Below are positions 57,221 through 64,000 of a stretch of 64,000 nt of DNA, in pieces. The stretch covers positions 1-64,000 of the forward strand of contig MU005978.1 in assembly GCA_010093745.1 (NCBI GenBank), given 5' to 3'. Position 1 is the first letter of the stretch, and each line of letters starts with the position of its first letter. The position numbers and the translations under genes are program-made. Under the pieces are notes generated by a model, which was not told the DNA's origin, did no database searches, and saw only the letters and a list, made by a program, of their open reading frames with translations. This DNA comes from Piedraia hortae CBS 480.64. Taxonomy: Eukaryota.

Positions 57221-57885
57221 TCCGAGTACCAAAGCGGAACGTAGATCAAAGACAAATGTGTGCACTCAACTCTGACCAAAAGGTGAATGTAGATGTCTAT
57301 CACTATGTGAGGTGAGGTTTGTTAGATTCAAGCATCGCCGCTAGCGCGTATGCGGGGCACCTGCATAGCAAGTCAGCGATACCCCGTACATTACCAGCTG
57401 CACCCTAGGTTTTTTCCTCACAGAGGTTTTCCCTCAGGGCCATGTCAGATGTGACATGGCGAACGTGCCCTACTAATGTACGACGTGACGTCACTGGCCC
57501 ACCGGTACAGAATATTTATTTTGAACGTCCCCTCATTGAGATAGATAGTCATTCACACTGTCATATCGACACTGGTATTGAATCCTACCCACCTGCATCT
57601 GTCCTGTCCCTGTTATCAATTTTTGTCTATCGCTACATCCTCCTAGGTCGGGCCGCTGCGCACTCCCATCCACGAGAGCCCCTATCGCTACAAGGTTCGA
57701 AACCCTCTCCACACTACCTCAGTCTAACCGCATTCGCCAGGACAACGTCAGCGAACCATGCCTTTGAGCATGAACGAGACAATGACCCGTTTCAGGGAAA
57801 ACTTCCTGTATAGAGCTAAAAACCCTGAGAAGTTTCGACTTCTAAATAGGGTTCTGGTCATGGTGGGTGCCACATCCTTCTGACA
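57221..57885. mobile_element. Repeat family A copy 2, split by the LTR-B insertion
   Basis: 57221-57319 and 57698-57885 join to reconstruct ~35399-35692. The right end is TTCTGACA. Confidence 0.75.
57320..57692 (+). mobile_element. Solo LTR, family B copy 2 (373 bp), with 5-bp TSD AGGTT
   Basis: TGT...ACA termini, with AGGTT at 57315-57319 and 57693-57697. The empty site with a single AGGTT is at 35493-35497. Confidence 0.92.
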
Positions 57886-58306
57886 TTAAGTTTCAAGTAA
57901 ATGATATTCATTGTGTTCGAAGTTCCGTGGTTGATCTATTAGTCAGCAATGGTAAATGACGGTAGAAAGTGGTTGACAGCAGTTGGCAATAGTTGAAACG
58001 ACTCAACGGAAAACTTTGGCCAACGGTACTAAGCCGATGGTTCAACGGGCAGCATTTGCACATGAGCTAGCGCCGGGGCTAGCCGGTCCGATTAGAGGTT
58101 GATTTCGCACCCAACCCGGATAGTGCATTCAGCGAAAAGATTGACATAGCGACGAAATTCGCGGTCAATATTCGACCTTCCTATCGGTGTGAAGACAGCT
58201 ATGACACTCTCACAAGGACGATGGTAAGAGAAAACAAATCAAGCGTTTATACCATCTCTTTGTCTATGTACGTATTCACGTAGCCATCATCATCTTGCGG
58301 GAGTCC

Positions 58307-59923
58307 TCACTTCGGCGTTTGCATGCCGATACTGTCGTAAAAAGCAGCAACGCCCTGACGCAGGCCAGTTTCAAACTCCCAGACAAACTTGCCGCCTTGG
58401 CCACTGTCGCGCAAACGCTTCAGTACCCACAGGTCGAACATGCCAATCTTGTCGCCGCCCTGAAGACCCATGTTGCTTCGCAGGGAGAAGAAAGCCATGG
58501 CGTCGGCGTAGCCAACATCCCAGCCCTGTTCGTAACGCCAGTGCTCGTACTGGCCAGGATGGTTAGTATCCCACCAGTGGATGTGGCCATTGACACAAGC
58601 CTCTTTTCGCTGGCCCTGCTCCCCCTGGGCCTTGGCAATGAGTTGCTGGACCTCTTGAGGGGAGATTGTGAGCCACGGCGGAGGGACAATGGCCTGTTGC
58701 TCAGTCATTTGCTTGAAGCCCCACTCACCGCCGGGCATCCAATCCATGCGATAAGTCCAGAAGAAGCATCCGGCTGAATGGGCTTGATAGGCTCTAGATT
58801 GCGCGTTGCCAAACTCCCGCACCATTTGCTCCTTTGGCGCGCCGCCGCTGTTGGCCCACGTTTCCTCGCCAAGCACGCAACTATATTCGCCCACCACAGC
58901 TGACGCAGCTCCCTTCTCTACAACGGAATCGTGCTTGCCACGCAAAGGTCCAAGTTTGTCCCATGGCTCCTTGCTGATTTGTTGCGGAGACTTCTTCTTG
59001 TTCTCATCGCCAAAGCACCAGTACAGATGCGTGTCGATGACAATTGGATTCCAGTGCACGCCGGCCCGATTCTTGGCCTGGACCCAGCTGATGGCGTGCT
59101 TCAGATTCCATGCATCAGAGACATAGATGGGAATGGTAGGATCGACATTCGCCAACTCATCAATAGCCGAATCATACCACTCGTACATGCCATGGGCATT
59201 CCAATCAGCCTCGTTGATGATCTGGACACCAGCCACGCCCTCCATGTTCTTGACTTCTTGGGCAATGAAGACGAGACATTTTGTGGCCTTGTCGCGGCAT
59301 CCAGGGTCGTGCCAGAATTCAGCTTTGCCGCTGTTGGTTCCCGAATGTTCCTGGCAATTGGCCCCTCCAGGGAGACCGTGAAGATCGATCAGAACCCCAA
59401 TACCACGCTGGTTGCAACGCTGGACAAGCTCCTTGACAAAAGACCAAGCGTTGTCGTACACGCCGCCCACCTTGTTGAATTGGGTGCCCTGACAGACATG
59501 AGATCCCAAAGTGAAATAGCCAATGGGCAGGCGAACAGTGGTGCACCTGGCCACGTCTCTGAGCCAGTCAAGATCGGCATCGCTGACATATTCACGCCAG
59601 TGTTTCTCAAAACGGTTGCGTGCATGTTCCATGCCGTACTTTTCCACCATGTACTCTGCGGCAGCATGTTCGCTGGACCCTTTGCAGTCCTTTTCAAACA
59701 TGCATCCTGTGAGCCATTTCTCTAGGATGAAGACGGAGCCCAGGTTGGCGCCGTGATGATAACGAAAGCGAACGACTTCAGCAATTGTTGCCGGCTGGAT
59801 GGATGCTGGGCCATCCTGCATGGGAACTTGGGGATACTGTTTGGTCGAGCCCCCGGGGCCGGCATCGCCGCCATGGGAGTGTTCGTGGAACGTCGACTTG
59901 GCCTTGTCCAAAAATCGCTTCAT
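58307..59923 (-). CDS. Glycoside hydrolase family 5 (glucan 1,3-beta-glucosidase-like, no signal peptide)
   Basis: GANLGSVFILEKW, VRLPIGYF, LIDLHGLPG.N...HSG, INEA (acid/base), IDTHLY, VVGEYS (nucleophile) and FFWTY. Confidence 0.9.
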   Translation of the reverse strand: MKRFLDKAKSTFHEHSHGGDAGPGGSTKQYPQVPMQDGPASIQPATIAEVVRFRYHHGANLGSVFILEKWLTGCMFEKDCKGSSEHAAAEYMVEKYGMEHARNRFEKHWREYVSDADLDWLRDVARCTTVRLPIGYFTLGSHVCQGTQFNKVGGVYDNAWSFVKELVQRCNQRGIGVLIDLHGLPGGANCQEHSGTNSGKAEFWHDPGCRDKATKCLVFIAQEVKNMEGVAGVQIINEADWNAHGMYEWYDSAIDELANVDPTIPIYVSDAWNLKHAISWVQAKNRAGVHWNPIVIDTHLYWCFGDENKKKSPQQISKEPWDKLGPLRGKHDSVVEKGAASAVVGEYSCVLGEETWANSGGAPKEQMVREFGNAQSRAYQAHSAGCFFWTYRMDWMPGGEWGFKQMTEQQAIVPPPWLTISPQEVQQLIAKAQGEQGQRKEACVNGHIHWWDTNHPGQYEHWRYEQGWDVGYADAMAFFSLRSNMGLQGGDKIGMFDLWVLKRLRDSGQGGKFVWEFETGLRQGVAAFYDSIGMQTPK

Positions 59924-60063
59924 GGTTGTCGTACTGAAGCTGAGGGGAAGAAACGGAGGCTGATATGAGCGAGCCAATGGCAATGACGTCAGACCCACGT
60001 CGGCCTATCTTTGACGCCAAGGGCCAAGGCACAGGAAGAAAATGACATTAAGATCTACAGGCG

Positions 60064-61122
60064 CTAGTTCCCAGTTTCGTTTAGCCCTACGCGGTGGCCC
60101 ACCCAGGCGTACGCCAAGCTGGTCAACGCTCCCGCCGCGCCCCACATTCCTGCCCACGCTAGCGTCCCCAGCGGCTCAGCGCCCCGCACTGTGAAGAAGA
60201 CGCGTATGAAGATGTTGATTGCGCTGTAAGCCACGAGAACGACAGCGCGCAACGTGAGCGCTTTAGCGCGGTTCGAGAAGCCGTGCTTATCGATGCCCAG
60301 ATTGTGTGCGAGCGTCTCCTGCAACGAAGCCGTGGCCGGGTCGAATTCGGCCATGTCTTGGAGGTCGTCTAGCGGCTCGATGTTGGCTACGGTTGGCGCA
60401 AAGAGGTATTGTGACGACGCCCAGCCCAGAGGAAGAAGCAAGCCAGTGAGCGCCGTGATAGATGCATTGTGCGCCTTCTCCAAGCTCCTCATATGGTCAA
60501 AGTGCGTGACCAGATAAGGCAAGAGCCAGGTGGAAAAAGAAATGTATATTACCAGGGCGTAGATGGTTGCGCCAAAGATGATGGTGAGAAGCCAGTCTGA
60601 CGCGTTTTTCGTCAGGTTCCGGTCCTCGCCATCGCTGGTACGAGGACGATCAGCTGGCGGCATCAGGAGGGACGGAAGAGCGAGACGGCCAACGTCAACG
60701 GCAAGTGAGAGGCCGCACGCCTTGGTATCGACCTCGTAAAAGGTGTAGAGAAAGAAGTAGTAAGGGAGATGGCCAAGACAGGTCAAGGCGGCCACGTCCT
60801 TCGCTGCGACTGTCAGCTGCAATAACTACTCTTCATACGCGAGACACTTGCCATGGTAGCCCAACACATAGGTAAGGAGACCTTCGGTGAGCTTCCAAGC
60901 CATCAAGAGGCCGAGCTGGTAGTCGGACGGTCTCTGGCTGATGGCGGCTAGCTCGTATCCAGTGATGCCGGCCGACACCGAGTGGAAAATGATGCCGATC
61001 ACGACATTTATAACGCACGCCAGCGGCAGGCGAAGGTAGGCCGGAAGACTTGTGTGACGCGAACGCGCCGTAGAGCGAGCCATGTCAAGAGCGCGATCGT
61101 AAGGCTTGGCCGTGGATGGCAT
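60064..61122 (-). CDS. Multi-pass membrane protein of unknown function; exons 61122-60852, 60803-60064
   Basis: Several TM segments and motifs WL..YLVTHF..MRSLE.AH and FDPATASL.ETL..N. The two ORFs join through a probable GC-AG intron. Confidence 0.7.
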
Positions 61123-61291
61123 GTCGTCGCAAGTGGATGGCGCGAGACGTCGGTGTTTACGCGCGGCGCGGTGCGTTGCGACGCGATCCCAAATTCTCCG
61201 ATGCACGTGACCGCAACAACAACCTCACCTCGGTTGGGCCGCTGGACCAGGGCCGCCACGTGGCCACAGGCGGCAGAGTCGGACGAGCATC

Positions 61292-62303
61292 ATGAATCGC
61301 CTGCTCCATTACTGCGTCAGCGCATTGCTGTGGACGACGGTGACGGCGGCGTCTGTTCCGGCCAAGGAAGCGCACGTGCCGGAGCCCTGCACGATCCGGT
61401 CGCCTAACACCCACGCCTTCTTCGATCTCAACAAGCTGCGCATTGAAGATCCGACCGAGAGCAAGGCCAAAAACCCACGAACATGGAGCTGGAACACAAC
61501 CGGGTGGGGCTTGCCCTACAACTTCACAATGAACTTTTGCGGCCCGGTCATTGAAAGAGTGCGGGATGTGGTCGGCGTGGAGGAGCGACTCTGGAGAAAC
61601 ACGAGTGCCTTTTACCGCCACGATGGCAAAGTGTACAGCATGGGGTAAGTGATGTTCCTGTCACACCGAATTTTGGGTTAAGTATCGGATATAGGCTGCA
61701 AAACAACGAACCCGTCTTCCACGGCCGGAAGCTTGTCATGAACTACACCAACGGATCGCCTTGTGGGGACAAGCGGAGAAAGAGCACGATCATCAGCATG
61801 TTATGCGACAAAGATCCTCTGTCCCCGCGATTAACCCTTAGTTTTATCGCAGCCAGCCCGGACGAATGCACCTACTTCTTTGAGGCGCGCTCGTCGGCTG
61901 GCTGCGGAGGCATAGAGACAGCCAAACAGACGCTCAGCCCGGCTGGCGTGTTTAGCGTCATCATGCTGATTGCTGTGCTGGTCTACTTGGTAGGTGGATG
62001 TTTCTACAACCGAATGGTCTTGCAGCAGCGCGGATGGAAGCAGCTGCCAAACTACAGTCTTTGGGCCGGCATATTCGGTTTTGTAACAGTAAGTGGTTGG
62101 GTTCGGCGATACAGCAACAAGGCTGATACTGGCGGCAGGATATATTGGTCATTTTGATTTCGTCCTGCGCAACGTGTTGCGGGTATAGAAGAAGTTACGA
62201 ACCGCTTCACGGCCGACGGGGCAGTCTGCTGAACTATCACGCGAGAGATAGCGAGGCCGAAAACCGGCTTATCGATGAGCTCAATGAAGAATGGGACGGT
62301 TGA
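61292..62303 (+). CDS. MRL1: Mannose-6-phosphate-receptor-like vacuolar sorting protein; exons 61292-61644, 61695-62088, 62139-62303
   Basis: Signal peptide, an MRH domain (PCTI.SP...FFDL..L, NFT.NFC.PV, L...YTNGSPC, KSTIIS.LCD, DECTYFFE.RS..C), a TM segment, RGWKQLPNY..W and a C-terminal ENRLIDEL.EEW. Confidence 0.85.
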
Positions 62304-62741
62304 AATTTAGAACCATGTGTTGTTATTAATAGTCTGGTTATCATCCAGCCTTGGTGTAAGATACCCTCCTATTGGCCCGTTTGCGACGTGCATCGCGATG
62401 AGAGTTTCAGGGGTTTACCTGAAGGGACCATCCATTTGGGACTGAGGTGTAATTGGTTGACCCCGACCGACCGTTGACCCGAAGTTCACCGGCTGCAACG
62501 GACCGAGCCGCAACGCGCTGGGATCCTCCGTCCCCGCACCATTCTCCAACACTGCCTTTGTCTGCCTTTGACACATCGCCACGCCCTCGACACCTGCCTT
62601 AGGATTCATCGTACCCATCACGGATCGCTTTCATTACTTACCGCATAGGCTTATCGTCAATATTCCTACCAATAGTGCCGCGTGCACGGTGCTATTCACA
62701 CTCAACGCCGCGGGCGCGATCGGCTCGCTTGAGACGTTTTC

Positions 62742-64000
62742 ATGGACCAGTCTCACCCAATGTTCATGGACGCAATGTCGATGAATAATGCTCCCGCCAT
62801 GTCGGCTCCGCGCAATCTTACGGCCCCGCTCTTTCAACGCTTTGTTTCGCAGGTCAAGGGCCAGCAGCTCCCCGCCAGCGGCTGGCAGACAACCGTGGAC
62901 CCCTCCACTCGAGCGAGTAACATCATGAGACTGTAAGTGGGCGCCATGACCTCTTGACCTTTAGCTAATGCGGTTGCAGGTTTGCATCTCTCCCTCAGTA
63001 TCTGGATTTCCCAAGGCGCATCGCCAATGCGGAGCATATCGAGCGCGAAGCCTTTAGCAAAACAACCAGTCAGGACCATTACGCGGCTGCGATAGGGCGC
63101 CACGTAGGGGTGTTACAGCAGCAGGTGAAACCGCCAGGAATGGCACCCACTCAGCTTGGCAACGCTGCTAACGTCAACATGAATATGGCCATGCCGCAGG
63201 GCACAATGGGGACGTCCGGCGGCCAAATGTTTCTTACTCCGACGCAAGCGGCGGCCTTTTCTGGCCACATGGCAAGACAGGCCCAGCCGTCGCCGACACC
63301 GCAGCAGCATCCAGCAATGGCCATGCAAAATGTGCGTTTGCCGCAACAGATGGCGCCGGCGCGCATGCCGCAGGGGCAGCCTATGGGCGTGAACGAGGCC
63401 ATGCTAGCAAATGTGGCCCGAAGTTACATGTCCAAGATGACCGAAGCACGGCGACAGACTATCAAAGAGGTTGAATTGCGCAAGATGACGGAGCAGGAAA
63501 GGAACCAGGCCCTTGCCAGCGGCATTGACATTGTCTTCCAGGCCGTCATGCGTGAGGTTCGCGAGCGTGCCCAGATTCAGCCGGCACACGCGCAGATGCA
63601 GGCCAATCCCGCGAGACCCATTGACTACATGCAGGTGCAGCAGGCCGCTCTCAAGCAGCAGGAGTCGGGAGAGCAGGTGGTCCCAGCCAGCAACAACCAG
63701 GTCCTGGGCTTTGGCGTGCCGCAGGGCCTACACCCGCATCTTTTGGCCAATCCGCCGCAGCCCGGTCAGCCCATGGATGCGCAGAGCATGGCATTTATGG
63801 GGCAGCAGCCGGCCATGATGGGCCAGCCGCCTCCGATGCTGATGGCGGGAAACAGCATGTCCCGCGGAGTGCCCGTTTCCCGCCAGAGTCCCGCCATGGC
63901 CTCGATGGCGATGCTGAATCGGCCACTGATGCCGCATGCAGGAGCGCCCGGAACTCCGCAGATTCCGAGTCGCCCGCCCACCCAGGCGCCTCAGACTCCT
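62742..64000 (+). CDS. MED15: Mediator subunit Med15/Gal11-like protein, 5' part (runs off the window); exons 62742-62932, 62980->64000
   Basis: A fungal KIX-like N-terminal domain (GWQ..V....R..I...E.EAF......Y) is followed by Q/M/P-rich low-complexity sequence. The intron at 62933-62979 is GT-AG. Confidence 0.7.

Noticed and set aside
35714..57692. Direct LTR-B pair as one giant retroelement
   Set aside because: Copy 2 has its own TSD, the copies are clearly diverged, and no gag/pol lies between them.
1..64000. CRISPR array, rRNA, or Starship captain (tyrosine recombinase) gene
   Set aside because: No spaced direct-repeat array, rRNA-like sequence or recombinase motifs were seen, and the DNA is intron-containing fungal sequence.

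Overview
Eukaryotic DNA from a filamentous ascomycete (Pezizomycotina). The genes are compact, most introns are 44-64 nt (one is 152 nt), and intergenic gaps are often under 250 bp. About 30 genes can be modelled by hand, mostly housekeeping: PPG1, AP-3 beta, a Gid4/Vid24-like protein, RPS12, a cell-wall-integrity MAPKK, IST3, EB1, AIM18, RPS3, SIP3, EFG1, SCS3, an MSG5-type phosphatase, an F-box/LRR protein, glutaredoxin, a GH5 glucanase, MRL1 and a partial MED15/GAL11. Three gene-poor islands interrupt them: 1-1.9 kb, 33.0-36.3 kb and 48.6-58.3 kb. Three repeat families each occur twice, once in each of the latter two islands. They are a 143-bp solo LTR (one copy with a perfect 5-bp TSD), a ~370-bp solo LTR, and a ~300-bp repeat. 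The ~370-bp LTR is nested in the ~300-bp repeat with an AGGTT TSD at one locus and lies 21 bp beside it at the other. The largest island also holds a previously unannotated Mei2-like RRM pseudogene (two nonsense codons, truncated at an LTR) and an intact Mx-like dynamin GTPase. Other observations are a cupin pseudogene, two probable GC-AG introns, a candidate non-AUG mitochondrial glutaredoxin isoform, a possible SWSAP1/Shu-like RecA-fold orphan, and an 82-bp RPS3-AIM18 tandem gap. No tRNA, rRNA, CRISPR or intact transposase/pol gene was found. All protein identities come from motif recognition, not database searches.
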